A stretch of DNA of 64,000 bases. Source: an uncultured virus (IMG/VR IMGVR_UViG_2061766007_000583) (taxonomy: Duplodnaviria > Heunggongvirae > Uroviricota > Caudoviricetes). Position 1 is the stretch's first letter; the number at the start of each line of letters is the position of its first letter. The DNA is taken from the IMG/VR virus record IMGVR_UViG_2061766007_000583. The stretch is one strand, 5' to 3'. The position numbers and the translations under genes are program-made. Under the pieces are notes generated by a model. It searched no databases. It worked only from the letters and a program-made list of their open reading frames with translations, and was not told the origin of the DNA. Positions 39,384-51,201 of the stretch are shown in pieces.

Positions 39384-39771
39384 CTTTCAGATTTTCAAAT
39401 TCTTTTTGTATTTTTTGTCTATATTTATCAATAGTAATTTCCAATTCTTCTGCTAAATCTATCGGAATATCTCTGCCAAAAATAAAATTTCCGTGCATAC
39501 AATATTCACCTTCTACAACATTTCCATCAGAATTATCTATTCTACTAAATAGAGTATCTGATTTATATATAGAATCTTCAAAAGCACTTTCAGAATTTCT
39601 TTTATACATATAACATAAAATCATATCATCTTTATCAACGTGTTCATTATGTGCTTTATAATATTCATCATCTCTTGATAAAGTAGAATTTGATATAATA
39701 TTTTCCATCATATATATTGATTTTAATTTTTTATCTAATTCTTTTGCTTTTAAAAATGCATCTCTAGTCAT
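39355..39771 (-). CDS. Hypothetical protein
   Basis: GGGAG RBS. Confidence 0.65.
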   Translation of the reverse strand: MTRDAFLKAKELDKKLKSIYMMENIISNSTLSRDDEYYKAHNEHVDKDDMILCYMYKRNSESAFEDSIYKSDTLFSRIDNSDGNVVEGEYCMHGNFIFGRDIPIDLAEELEITIDKYRQKIQKEFENLKDDYEEDDEE

Positions 39772-40008
39772 TTATTTTTCTCCCTTCATTTTAGGTAAAT
39801 AGTAATAACTCCATCCGTATTTTGCCTTTTGAGAAAAACAAAAAGGTAAATATTCACGCAGTTTTTCATCATTTGTCATATTCTTACTATATTCATCCCA
39901 TTCTTTTTGATTCTGCTTTAATCGTTTATCGGTTATTATTTTATCTATTAAACAGAAAATTAAAAATATAAAAATAACACTTAATGTAATAATTATTATT
40001 TTAAGCAT
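39772..40008 (-). CDS. Membrane-anchored hypothetical protein
   Basis: N-terminal TM. Confidence 0.6.
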   Translation of the reverse strand: MLKIIIITLSVIFIFLIFCLIDKIITDKRLKQNQKEWDEYSKNMTNDEKLREYLPFCFSQKAKYGWSYYYLPKMKGEK

Positions 40009-40175
40009 TCTTCTTCTCCTTCTAATTGTTCAATAAAATCTTGTATAATATCACTTGCAATAAAAAGACCATTACCAGTTTGTTCGGAATAAAAAACAGT
40101 TTGTCTTTCTATTTTTTCTTTTAATTCTTTCAATATATAAATAGTAAAGTCCATATTATTTATTCTCCAATATTT

Positions 40176-40436
40176 TTAATTAATATTTCCGTGTTCGAGT
40201 GCCTTACTCCACGCTTTTGTTGTATCTAATAATGTTTTCTGTTCTTCTGCTATTTGTTCAAGCACACCTTTTGAATTTATATCTTCTTTTATTTCTTTCA
40301 ACAAATCTTTTGCTATCATAATATCTTCATGTTTTAACCTATATCCATATTCCCTTGCATATCTTGTTTGTGGAATACAAGACTGTAATACAAGTATTAT
40401 TTTCTCTAATCTTTCAATTCTATCTTCAAGTGTCAT
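40176..40436 (-). CDS. Hypothetical protein
   Basis: GGAG RBS. Confidence 0.6.
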   Translation of the reverse strand: MTLEDRIERLEKIILVLQSCIPQTRYAREYGYRLKHEDIMIAKDLLKEIKEDINSKGVLEQIAEEQKTLLDTTKAWSKALEHGNIN

Positions 40437-40438
40437 TA

Positions 40439-40780
40439 TTATTCTCCTTTTTTATAAACAGTAATATAACCCCTAATAGTTATATCTCCTTCTTTATTTT
40501 TAGTTTCTTTAAATGTAACTAAATTATTTTCATATATAAAATCAGCAAGTGATTCACAAGAGAATTTTTTATTTAATTTTTTTAATTCGTTAACAGATTC
40601 TTCTTTATCAAACATTTCAATTTCTCTATGACTTATAAATCTACAATCTGTAAGGTGATGAAGATTTTCCATTACGTTAATTGCTATATCGAGTGCTTCA
40701 ACAAAAAAATCACAATCATCACCCATTTCATAATGTTCTTTTCTTGCTTTCAGTTCTTCTATTGCTTCTGTAGTAGTCAT
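40439..40780 (-). CDS. Hypothetical protein (EAIE N-terminal family)
   Basis: AAGGAG RBS. Confidence 0.65.
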   Translation of the reverse strand: MTTTEAIEELKARKEHYEMGDDCDFFVEALDIAINVMENLHHLTDCRFISHREIEMFDKEESVNELKKLNKKFSCESLADFIYENNLVTFKETKNKEGDITIRGYITVYKKGE

Positions 40781-40792
40781 TTCTGTATCTCC

Positions 40793-41056
40793 TTATATAC
40801 TATTCCAATAATCAATAAACGCATCTATCTTTTTATTTTCTTCTACATCTGTTTCCATTTCAGAACCACAATTAGGACAATATTTTGGTAATTCAAACAT
40901 CCACCAAACTTCATATCCACCAACAAAATTCAAAGGACTTTTTTTACATTTGCTACATTTACAGTTATATATATTATATCCTTCAATATCTAAATTTATC
41001 CAATATCCTTTGGATTTTTGTACTATATCTTTTAATTCTTTTATTATATTATCCAT
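40793..41056 (-). CDS. Zinc-ribbon small protein
   Basis: GYWI...CSKC...CPNCGSEME. Confidence 0.7.
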   Translation of the reverse strand: MDNIIKELKDIVQKSKGYWINLDIEGYNIYNCKCSKCKKSPLNFVGGYEVWWMFELPKYCPNCGSEMETDVEENKKIDAFIDYWNSI

Positions 41057-41125
41057 TAGTTTCTCCTTTTTAATTGTTAACTAATTATAACATAATATAT
41101 TTTATTTGTCAACTATAAAATTAAA

Positions 41126-41155
41126 AATCGGCAGTAATAAATACTGCCGAATTTT
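41126..41155 (-). terminator. Intrinsic terminator after ssb
   Basis: TCGGCAGTA-ataaa-TACTGCCGA hairpin. Confidence 0.75.
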
Positions 41156-41172
41156 AATTAATTTCCCCATCC

Positions 41173-42063
41173 TTATGCAAAAGGGTCATCAATCTCTTTT
41201 ACTTCAACGTTATCTTTCTTTCCTTCGCTCTTTTTCTCATTCTTAATCTGTTCAATCTTAATATCTCTATCTTCTAACAACTTCTTAACAGTTGCTTTAT
41301 CAAGATAATACTTATTCTCTTCTTCTAATACATCTCCACCACTGAAGATTCTATATTCAGTTACAGTATATCCTGATACTCTATTAGATTCTCTACCGAA
41401 CTTTTTAGGCTGACTTTTTGCTCCTACTGAACGTGTTACGCATTCAATATCAAGAACTACATTATCTCCCTTTGAATAGTTATCTTCAAAGTCGTCTACC
41501 AAATCCTCTTCAAGAATAAGATTAATAGGGAAGATTTCTTCGTTATTATTAACGTAAAGGAACTCTACAATCTTTCTTCCAGTTTCATCTTCCCCTTTAA
41601 TTTCAGGCTTAATTGTCTTAATTACTCCACTTAATGAGCCGTCACAATAGTCTGTATCAGCAGTTACTGAAGATGTTACCTGAAATGCATTAAGGTTTAC
41701 AAGTGACTTAAATTCTCCGTCCTGACCTACATATTCATTATTAGCAAATGAGCCATCAACCTTTACTCTTGTGCCTCTCTCATAAGCCATAATTGTCTCT
41801 AATGCCTTAAATCTAGGGTTGTCTACAACATTTCCCTTATCATCAAGTTTCTTCTCATTTGTAGGATAAAAGTTAAATCCTACGATTGAATCCTTAACTT
41901 TTACTGTAAGATTAGGATTACTCCAATTAGCCTTTGTAATCTGCTTACAATTAACTTTCTTCTTTGTAGAGCCGTTCTTGAGTTCTACTTCCTTTGTTTC
42001 TGTCTTAAAATTGAGTTCTTCAACTGTGCCTACTGCTTGAATTGAATTAATTGATTTTTCCAT
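41173..42063 (-). CDS. Phage single-stranded DNA-binding protein (tandem OB-fold type, putative)
   Basis: Two beta-rich repeats and acidic C-terminal DDPFA tail. Confidence 0.7.
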   Translation of the reverse strand: MEKSINSIQAVGTVEELNFKTETKEVELKNGSTKKKVNCKQITKANWSNPNLTVKVKDSIVGFNFYPTNEKKLDDKGNVVDNPRFKALETIMAYERGTRVKVDGSFANNEYVGQDGEFKSLVNLNAFQVTSSVTADTDYCDGSLSGVIKTIKPEIKGEDETGRKIVEFLYVNNNEEIFPINLILEEDLVDDFEDNYSKGDNVVLDIECVTRSVGAKSQPKKFGRESNRVSGYTVTEYRIFSGGDVLEEENKYYLDKATVKKLLEDRDIKIEQIKNEKKSEGKKDNVEVKEIDDPFA

Positions 42064-42390
42064 ATTTAATTTTTCCTTTCTTAAAAATATATAATTAAGA
42101 ACTCATTTCTTAATCTGCAACTATTATACCACATCAAAATGTAAAAGTCAAGCATTTTTTTATTTTTTATTTGAAATATTTTGTTGTGGATTTGAATATT
42201 GTAATATTAAGTTTTTAATAAATTTTTATTTTTTTGGATATTTGAATATAAAAATTTGAATATTGTAATATAAAATTCAGCCTATGTTTAAAAATTTTTA
42301 AGAGAGAGTAACAGAGAGAATTTTAAAGAGGGTAAAGTGAGTGTCTTCTTTTGCTTGAATACTCAAACCCAAAATCAACCCAACCTAATT

Positions 42391-44874
42391 CTAAATTCTA
42401 TCAATCACCACATCATTCGGCATTTTCAAAATCTTCTCAATAAATCTCTCACTAAAGAACTTATTACCAATTCTGTAGACATTCTCAATAATTCTATCTT
42501 CCTTAATTTCTTTTTCTCTGCCATGATAATCTTCGATAATAAATCTCTCTTTGTTTTCGTCCCAATATTTTAATTCAGCGACTCTGCACTCCATATTATC
42601 TTTGTCAAAATACTTTACATAAGTTTTCATTCAATATCCTCACTGTAGACTAAAGTAACTTCATCGTGGTTTTCATTATCAAAATAAACCATTTTGTTAG
42701 TCTTAATCAAATAAAATAAATTAAAATCATTATCATAGAAGAAGTCTTCAATTTCAAATTCATTTTCATAATCGTCAATATAGACTTCTCTATAACGTAA
42801 AAATGTTTCAACAGAAATTTCATTCTTATTATCGCTTAATATTTTTCTTGCCCCTTTGTGAACGAAATCTCTTCCTTCTCTTAACTTAATTTTGTCGCCT
42901 ATTTTCATCTTTCTTCTACTCTTCTGTCATAACTTCTACTCTTCTACCATAATAAAATTCTTTGTTATCTTTCATCTTAACCTTAATATAATCAGGATAA
43001 GCCCCAGTGCTTAAATATCTAACGCCCACAACACTGTCCATATCAACGTGTAACTTTTCGTGATTTTTGCAATCGTTTTCTGTTTCGAAATCCTTCCCAC
43101 AAAAATCGCACTTAAAAACTGTTAATTCTGTCATTTTATCTCTCCTTTTCAGTTATTAAAACCTTTTTAATAAATTCATAGATATCATAGTCGCCCCCAA
43201 TCTCATTAACTAAATTAGATTCAGATAAATCTTCAATAGTCAACGCCTTACCACTTTGGTTATTTATAATATCAACAGAAAATATTTTGTTGTTTTCTTT
43301 GTTGAAATATAAATATACGTTTTTATATTTGTTATAAAACTTCATAAACGCTTCACAGTCGGCGATTAAATTCCACATATTTTATTCCTTTCTTCCGTGT
43401 CGTCGCACAACTCTACTAATTTTTGAGAATAAGATAAGAGACCTTCATAAGAAACTCCTTCTTTAACTGCGACTTCGTTTTTATATTTTGTAATTGTTTT
43501 TGCATCTTCGTTAATATAAAATTCAATAATATCGCCGTTTTTCTTTTTAAATAATTTAAACACGCTCATTTCTTTCTCCTTCTACAAAAGCAACACAGTC
43601 TTCGAAATTCTTACTAGCAAATAAACGTCTATAAGTATGTGTAACTTCATATTGATTTGCTTCAGAAATAAAATCAATATAATAAGGGAACTCTGAATCC
43701 TTGTTATAGACCCATTGTGTCGGCTCTCCGTCAGCGTTATCCCAAATATGATTTATTTTCCAATTTTCATTTTCAAATTCAATTTTCATTTTAGATTAGT
43801 TCCTTTCTTTGCTGAAAAGTAGTTAACGCACTTGTGTCGTTACTAGTTGAAATTAATCCTCTATCTCCCATTGTTTCATTATACCAATAATAAAACACTC
43901 CATCCATATAGTCGCCGTCACCAAAGATAACTCTTACTTTAAATGAAGCCCCATTCTTATAATTATCTCTGATAAACTTAATTTGGGACTTATCCATTAA
44001 GAATCTGTCTCTACCTTCGTTGTGTGACTGTATTTCATTGTGTAAATAGCACCCATTAAACTCTTCGAGATTTAAGTGTTTGATAAACGCTTCGTAATCA
44101 AAAAGATTAAAATTAATAGCATAAGCAAAGAACATAATTATTCTCCTTCCTTGTCTTTAATTTCTTGTAAAAGGTCGCCCAACTCTAATTCATAGCAGTC
44201 GAACTCTTCTTCGGTCTCTGTATTATAAACGCTCATTCCTTCATTAAAGAAATCAAAACTCGCAATATGCGTGTTGTCAATGTCTTTCTCAAGATAAGGG
44301 AGCGAATCTAACAACTGTTCAAGATTTCCGATTTCTAATGCAAATAAAGTTGTATAGTTGTCCCTTACATCGCCTCTAATATGAACCATAGCAATCATAA
44401 TTTCATTGTTATAGAAGCCAAAAGCAACGTCATTAGAAATGTTTGAACCCCAATTATATGTGTTGTATTCAATTATATCATATAATTCTTCTTCTGTCAA
44501 GCCTTTTGGTAAATCAACTTCTAAATTATTATCTAACCAATATTCAAGGATTTCTAAAGTGTCGGCGACAAAAACATCGCCCCTAATTACCCCATCACTA
44601 TTATAAATCCAAGCCCCAACTCTTCCTAATTTCAGTTCTTCAATTGCACGTTCAAGATTACTCATTAATTTGCCCTCCTTGAAATAAAATATTCATTGTA
44701 ATAATATCTGTTTTCGGTCTTTTTTATTTGCTTATTTATGTCGCATTTTTTGAGACCACCACTATTGTTTTGAAATTGAAATATAAAATTAATCAACGCC
44801 TTTTTAGGGTCGCCACTTGTCACAGTAATAACTTCAACTTTTCCATTATTATCTTTTCCTATAAATCTATTCAT
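42391..44874 (-). CDS. Cluster of nine small, mostly acidic hypothetical proteins (42391-42630, 42627-42908, 42916-43134, 43136-43378, 43366-43569, 43556-43789, 43791-44135, 44138-44665, 44665-44874)
   Basis: Tightly coupled co-directional ORFs with RBSs; 42916 ORF has CDFC..C..HE zinc motif. Confidence 0.65.
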
Positions 44875-45067
44875 TATTCCACGCCCCTATTCTTTTCATT
44901 TCCTTCTGCCAAGTCTTTTGAGAAACAAACTTATGCATAGGTAATGATATTGTTAAATTTTTATCAAAATTCTTAAATATCAAATGGTCGCCAGTTCTTA
45001 CTTTCTCAAAACCTAAACGCTTCAGTTCTCTTTCAGCATCAATTAATCTCATTGTCTTCCCAATCAT
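44867..45067 (-). CDS. HicA-like dsRBD-fold protein
   Basis: LKRLGF...RTGDHLIF...ISLPMH...T...K pattern of HicA. Confidence 0.7.
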   Translation of the reverse strand: MIGKTMRLIDAERELKRLGFEKVRTGDHLIFKNFDKNLTISLPMHKFVSQKTWQKEMKRIGAWNNE

Positions 45068-46369
45068 TTTTTAAACTCTCCCAATATTTAATAAAATAGC
45101 ACCCAAGTTCACATTCTAAAGTTTCGTTTACAATATAATCTTTAAAGCAAGTATCGTGATTATCACATTTAATACAAGGAATACTATCAAACAATGAATC
45201 AGCGTCGCTTACAACATCACTACAATAAGGACATAATAGAAATTCTTCATATACAGTATGACCCCATGCTTCTGACGGCTCTTTATAAACTTCAACTTCG
45301 TCTTCTTCAATTAATTTCTTACAACCCTTGCAATAATACATATTATATCATATCCTTTCTTAATTGTCAATAGTAAAAAATATTCCTAAACCAACGCCTA
45401 TAATAACGCTGATAATTATTGTTAAAATCAATTCAATAATAAATTTAGTTGTTATAAATTCTGTCAAAAACCAATCCATTGACTTCTCCTAAATCTTCCA
45501 ATATTTCAGGCATATGCTCTTTACCAAAGCCCCAAGATTCATAATCAGAGTGGGTTGGGGTCTTGTACCATATATTAAATGTGTGGGCTTTATGACCCTT
45601 ATTACAAACGCAACAAGGAAAATCTGCATCTGTTCCTAAATAATAGCCAATATGAATATCGCCCCTATCATTAAACTTATACCAATGTCCTTCTTTTAAT
45701 TTCATAATAAAATCCTCCTTTATAAATTCATATTAATTCTTCTTTTATTGAGTCAATAAAATTATAGGCTTCGTCAATCCAATAAAATTCTTCGCACCTA
45801 TCATCGACCCAAACACAATAGCACTCTAAACCACCATATTCGTGATAGTGCTTTTCAATTTCCCAACCTTTATAATATAATAATTCATAGTTATCTTCCA
45901 TTTTCGTTTGCCAACCCCTTTAACATTTCAATATAAATTTGTGAATTATTAGTAAATAATATAAAATTTGGGCGACTATGTTTGTCTGTTCCTACAATTA
46001 AATATTCATTAGTGCCTATAACATCATATACATATCCATAATCTGACCCATCAATAATTACATTATTAGATAGCAAATTATATTTACTAGGATTTGCTGA
46101 AATAAGTTCCCAAATATCATTAATCATATTTTTTAATCCTCATAATCTAAATCTATTAAAAGCCCCATTAACTGATTTAACATATACATTCTTAATTGAG
46201 TTGTGCGTTTCCAATTTTCTGCATCTATTATTTCACAATTAAATAAAAAGTTTTTGTATTCATTTACAATTTCATTGCATTCTCTAACACAGTCTTCAAA
46301 TGTGATACAACCATTATACTGTTTTTCAATTAATTTGTCAATACGTTCTTTAAATTCTTTTAAAATCAT
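45039..46369 (-). CDS. Four small hypothetical proteins (45039-45341, 45445-45705, 45891-46127, 46133-46369)
   Basis: Co-directional ORFs with RBSs; first is Cys-rich. Confidence 0.6.
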
Positions 46370-46404
46370 TTTAAATATACGCTCCTTTCGTATTTGATAA
46401 ACGC

Positions 46405-46485
46405 ATTATATCAAAAAACAAAATATTTGTCAATAGGAAAAAATAAAAAAAATCTATTGACAAGAAAATTTCAATATGATATAAT
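46405..46485. promoter_or_regulatory. Divergent pair of consensus SigA promoters
   Basis: - strand TTGACA(46428-46433)-17-TATAAT; + strand TTGACA(46457-46462)-17-TATAAT. Confidence 0.85.
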
Positions 46486-46516
46486 ATAGAAAAATTCAAG
46501 AAAGGAAATAAAATAA

Positions 46517-46849
46517 ATGGTTGATTGGAGTGGGACACCATATAAAGTAAAACAAGTAATTACTATAGAAATGAATATTAGTAATAAAGATAAACATAAA
46601 GTAATTAATTTGGTTAAGAAGAATTATGAAACAGATGTTGTTATCTTTAAAGATTCAAATCTTATAATTACTAATTTTGGTGAAGGGCGTTTATATCAAG
46701 GCGACTATTGGAATCCAGATGAATACGACGACAACTTATATTATGATGAAGTTGACATAATGCAATTATTAGAAGAACATAATTATGAAGTTATTAATAA
46801 GTGGGAAAAATGCGATTATGAAATAAAAGGAGAAGAGTATGAAGATTAG
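46517..46849 (+). CDS. Acidic hypothetical protein
   Basis: GAAAGG RBS, GDYWNPDEY. Confidence 0.7.
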   Translation: MVDWSGTPYKVKQVITIEMNISNKDKHKVINLVKKNYETDVVIFKDSNLIITNFGEGRLYQGDYWNPDEYDDNLYYDEVDIMQLLEEHNYEVINKWEKCDYEIKGEEYED

Positions 46850-47354
46850 ACCTAAAAGAGATATAGGAAATTTTTACAATTTTGATTGGATTGAAAATTA
46901 TTATAAATGTAATGCTATTAAATTAGAAGATATTCTTAATTATAATTCAACTGAAAGTTTAAAAGCCAATAAGCAATATGAACTCATATGTGAAGGTAGT
47001 GGTTTTTATTTTGTTAAAGGTAAAGATAAAAATGGTAATTGGGAAACATATTTAATTAGAAAGTGTGATGCTGAAGCAATTAGAGATATTGAAGTCAACG
47101 ATAAAGTAATCGTTACTAGCGATGAATTTCAGTATTTATATTATGAACACTTTTTTGAATATAACAAAATTGAAAGTGATTATTTAAAGTTACATTGGGT
47201 TTATGGTAAAAATATTGAAGTTGACGACCATGAATATTATATTGTAAGATACATAGGAAAACATTCGGAGTTCTTAAAACCTGTATATTTGATAGAAAAT
47301 AGGGAAGAAGAAATATATATGATTGGTGGCGAAGGAATTGAGAGAGTAGAGTAA
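46839..47354 (+). CDS. Hypothetical protein
   Basis: Coupled ORF followed by terminator at 47341-47369. Confidence 0.7.
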   Translation: MKIRPKRDIGNFYNFDWIENYYKCNAIKLEDILNYNSTESLKANKQYELICEGSGFYFVKGKDKNGNWETYLIRKCDAEAIRDIEVNDKVIVTSDEFQYLYYEHFFEYNKIESDYLKLHWVYGKNIEVDDHEYYIVRYIGKHSEFLKPVYLIENREEEIYMIGGEGIERVE

Positions 47355-47438
47355 TCTACTCTCTTTTTTGTAAGGTGAGTATGGTTGAAATTAATTGTGG
47401 GTGTGTGATTGTTAACGGCTCAACGCAAACTCGCCGAC

Positions 47439-47452
47439 CGAACACGTGTTCG
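47439..47452. promoter_or_regulatory. Firmicute LexA/DinR-like SOS box
   Basis: CGAACACGTGTTCG matches CGAAC-N4-GTTCG; second CGAACATATGTTTG at 48871. Confidence 0.5.
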
Positions 47453-47462
47453 ATTTTGAAAA

Positions 47463-48792
47463 GTTAGCCCCCACTAACTCACATCTCGTAACCACTCCCC
47501 CACGACACGTAGTATTGAATACTACATATAAAATTTTTTATACTACATATTATCATATTATAATATTGTAAAGTAGTTTTTAATAATAAAAAGTTTTTAG
47601 TAAATCGGAAAAAAGAAAAATTTTATAGTTAGCGATAACTAACTATAATAAAATATTAAAATATTTCTATATGCTTTTATATAGAATACCTTTTAAACGC
47701 ACCAGAACGTCCAAAATTGAAAGAAAATATATAAATTGATAAAATATACCTTTAAAGACTTAAAACGCAATACAGACGAAAATAAGCAAGATTTTTTATT
47801 GATTATACAATTTGCACAAAAAAGATAATAAAAAATATACAAAACGTAGAAAATTAAAAAATATGTGATTTAGTTTACATAACATTATTGACAAGTTTTG
47901 TGTAGGCGTTATAATTGACGTAGTCAATTAAACAAATTGACGGCAACGAAAACAATATTTTATAACACTTTAGGAGGGTAAAGTTATGTTAAGAGAATTA
48001 AGTTTAAACAAGGGTTTTACAGGAAAGAAAGCAACTTGTCAAGTATGTGGAAATGTAGAATTTACAAGCGTTATGACTTCAGCCGATAGCCACAATGACC
48101 ACTGTTTTATATGTGGTGATTGCTATCAAAACGGCGTTGTTTCTACTTCAGGAATGTTTGTCCCTAAAGTTTTTATTGAAAGACAAGCAAAGAAAGACGC
48201 AAAGCACGATTGCCGTGTTTGGTGGGAAGTCACCGAAAGCGATATTAAAAAACGTGCCGAACTTATCGCAATGTATCCTACATTTAGGGCGGTAAATACA
48301 TACGTTTCTACTTCAAAAATAGGTACGTGGCAATTATCCAAAGTCGCCGATAACTACAAAAATGTAGTTGCACACGTTACGAAAGATGGATACAATTTAG
48401 ACGGAACACCCACAGAAATAATAAATGCCGTTCGTGAGATATCAAGCAATCACAACAATTTGACACCGTCAATCATTACAAAATATGGATTTAAAAAAAT
48501 GAGATAAAAAAGGGCTTTAAGCCCTTTTTTTATTTTCTGTTTTTGTTTGTTTTAAGTCCTACAATGTAGGATTTTTTAATATACCTTTAAAACGTCATAT
48601 TTTGACGTGTACGGCGTTTTAATTGCTTTATTGATAAAATATACCATAAACGAAAAAACGTACGAAATAAAGCCAAATTTTGCGTCGGTTATGATAGACT
48701 AACTTTATATACTGGTTAGTCATAACTAACCTATATAGTTTGGTTAGTCAACACTAACCAAAATCTGATATCATAAGTTAGTTATAACTAAC
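47463..48792. repeat. GTTAG-N6-CTAAC palindromic motif, six copies
   Basis: 47463, 47628, 48688 (degenerate), 48715, 48743, 48777. Confidence 0.75.
47986..48507 (+). CDS. Zinc-finger hypothetical protein
   Basis: CQVC...CGDC; AGGAGG RBS; promoter 47888-47915; terminator 48506-48531. Confidence 0.75.
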   Translation: MLRELSLNKGFTGKKATCQVCGNVEFTSVMTSADSHNDHCFICGDCYQNGVVSTSGMFVPKVFIERQAKKDAKHDCRVWWEVTESDIKKRAELIAMYPTFRAVNTYVSTSKIGTWQLSKVADNYKNVVAHVTKDGYNLDGTPTEIINAVREISSNHNNLTPSIITKYGFKKMR

Positions 48793-49167
48793 CAAAATCA
48801 GAATTGAAATCCAAAACCACTTTCACAATTTACCGTGCTAAAGTGTTTCTGATATTCAAATATCAGAAAGCGAACATATGTTTGCCCCAATCCCCCATTA
48901 GGGTAATGCCGTAATGCGAAATTTTAACGGCTTGGCGATTCGCCCTTATGCGTGTGCGTATATGTATATAAGTACATAATTATAGATATATACAGTTAAA
49001 TATAACCGATATAATATTAATATTGAATTATAATTCAAATTCATAATTCAAATTCAATTTTGTAATTGATAATTAGAATTTATATGTATATACGTATATA
49101 CATTTCTGATATTTAAATATCATAATCAAACATAAAATAAAAAGGGTTTTTCAACCCTTTTTATTTT

Positions 49168-49395
49168 TTAAATTTCGTCATAATTTTCAAAATAGCCTAT
49201 TAACTTTTCGCCGTTGTAATAAACTTCAAGATAATCGCCGTTATCGTATTCTACAGAACCGATAAACTTATCAAACAAGGGTGATACTTCATCTTTGTCA
49301 ACAACTTCAACGAATAAATCAAACTCATACATATCAGTATTAACATTGTAAAGTGAATTAACTTCAATAACTTCATTACCTAAAAATTTTTTCAT
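49168..49395 (-). CDS. Cassette gene, acidic hypothetical protein
   Basis: Own promoter, RBS, terminator. Confidence 0.7.
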   Translation of the reverse strand: MKKFLGNEVIEVNSLYNVNTDMYEFDLFVEVVDKDEVSPLFDKFIGSVEYDNGDYLEVYYNGEKLIGYFENYDEI

Positions 49396-50231
49396 AACCT
49401 TAAATTCCTTTCTGTATTCGTGAACCATTTCACAATACTAGAATAACAAAACCCTTTTATGTTGTCAATACATTTTTAAAAAAAATTTTAAAAAATTTTA
49501 TCCGACATAGTTACACTCTGATATTTAAATATCAGAAATTCTGTTTTTGTTTTTGATTTCTGTTTCTGTTTTTAAATTCAAAATCAAATTCAAGTTTGAA
49601 ATCAAATTCAAATTCGAAAATAAAATATATATATTTAAGTTTGAAATCAAAAACAGAATTTATATTCATATTCTAAAATCAAAATTAGAATCCAAAACCA
49701 TATTATATTATTATAAATCATTTAACGGCTCTGTATTGAGTTTAAATATATCAGCCGATAAAAACTACAGTAATAATATTAAAATCAAATATAGGTCAAA
49801 ATAAAGCGTTATTGCTGATATTCAAATATCAGATTGAAATACAATATAAAAAAGGCTTTTCAGCCTTTTTTATATTTCAGCATACACTGTTTTGAAGAGG
49901 ACTTGCAAGGTGAAACATATTTCTGTTAAGGAGTTCTCTTTTAATTCTATTCATAAAAACCTTCTTTCCGACCCTTTAGGTCTAAATCTAAACTATTCGC
50001 AACACGTAAGCATTACCTTACAATAATATAATATCAAATTGCTGATATATTGTCAACAATTTTTTAAAAAATTTTTTACGCCCAATTTTTTTAGTCGGCA
50101 TTTCGCTGTACACCGATATTTAAATATGAGAAGTTTGTTATAATTTTAATAATAAATATTTTAATATTCAAATTTGTTTTTACNNNNNNNNNNAATTAAA
50201 TACAAAAATAAAAAAGGGCAGTTGCCCTTTT

Positions 50232-50609
50232 TTATAAACTGTAAAGATAATTCCAAAACTCTTCGGCTTCTTCGTATGATTTGCCATAGAAATACATTTC
50301 GTGTCCTATATAGGTCTCTTTTTCTCCAAATTTCTCTTCTATTTGATTTTTGAATCCACGAATTACATTAGATACTATATTATCACAAGATTTAACGCAT
50401 TCCTTAACTTCTTCTTCAGTAACAAAACCCAAACGAGAAGCACCATATAAATCGCTATAAATATCGTTGACTTTTCTATCTAATTGAGTAGTAACCAAAT
50501 TCTGTAATTTAATAGCCTTTATTACAGTATCGGCTGAATAAAAATGCTTTTCGAATCTTTCAATTGCTTCGTTTGTTGCAGTGAATAATAATGTTTCAAC
50601 TAATTTCAT
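50232..50609 (-). CDS. Cassette gene, hypothetical protein
   Basis: Own promoter, AAGGAG RBS, terminator. Confidence 0.75.
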   Translation of the reverse strand: MKLVETLLFTATNEAIERFEKHFYSADTVIKAIKLQNLVTTQLDRKVNDIYSDLYGASRLGFVTEEEVKECVKSCDNIVSNVIRGFKNQIEEKFGEKETYIGHEMYFYGKSYEEAEEFWNYLYSL

Positions 50610-51201
50610 AACCTTAATCTCCTTATTAAATAAAAATCTGTTAACGTGTGTTCGTCTTTCGACAATACAATCATATCAAACGGCTACAGTATTGTCAATA
50701 AAAAACTGCACAAAATTTTTAAATTTTTTTGTGCATTCTTGACTGCACTATGTTCGTGTCTGATATTTAAATATCAGAAATATCAAAANNNNNNNNNNTT
50801 CCGTCTTTCGACAATACAATCATATCAAACGGCTATAGTATTGTCAATAAAAAACTGCACAAAATTTTTAAAATTTTTTGTGCAGTTTTGACTGCACTAT
50901 GTTCGTGTCTGATATTTAAATATCAGAAATATCAAAACAGATATGTAAATATCGTATTGTAATTATAAAATCGCCCTTGCGAAATCGTGCGTTGGGTAAT
51001 TCGCTAATCGCCAATCGTTTGCCGACTGCCGAGATATAGTAATGATATAATAGTACATAATATTATATATATACAGTTATATATAACTGATACTGATATT
51101 TAAATATATTTATTCATAAAGCGAAAAATAAAAAGGACTTCGAAATTCGTTTTCGAAATCCTTTTTGAAAGAAGGTAGGTTATGAAAGAAAATTTTACTT
51201 G

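Noticed and set aside
49547..49804. + strand ORF with FKFKIKFKFE repeats
   Set aside because: Product of low-complexity TTCAAA/ATCAAA hexamer DNA, with no RBS; likely non-coding.
50652..50937. Near-exact ~135-bp tandem duplication of promoter plus palindrome
   Set aside because: The copies flank a 10-N scaffold gap, so this is most likely an assembly overlap artefact. One palindrome copy may be double counted.
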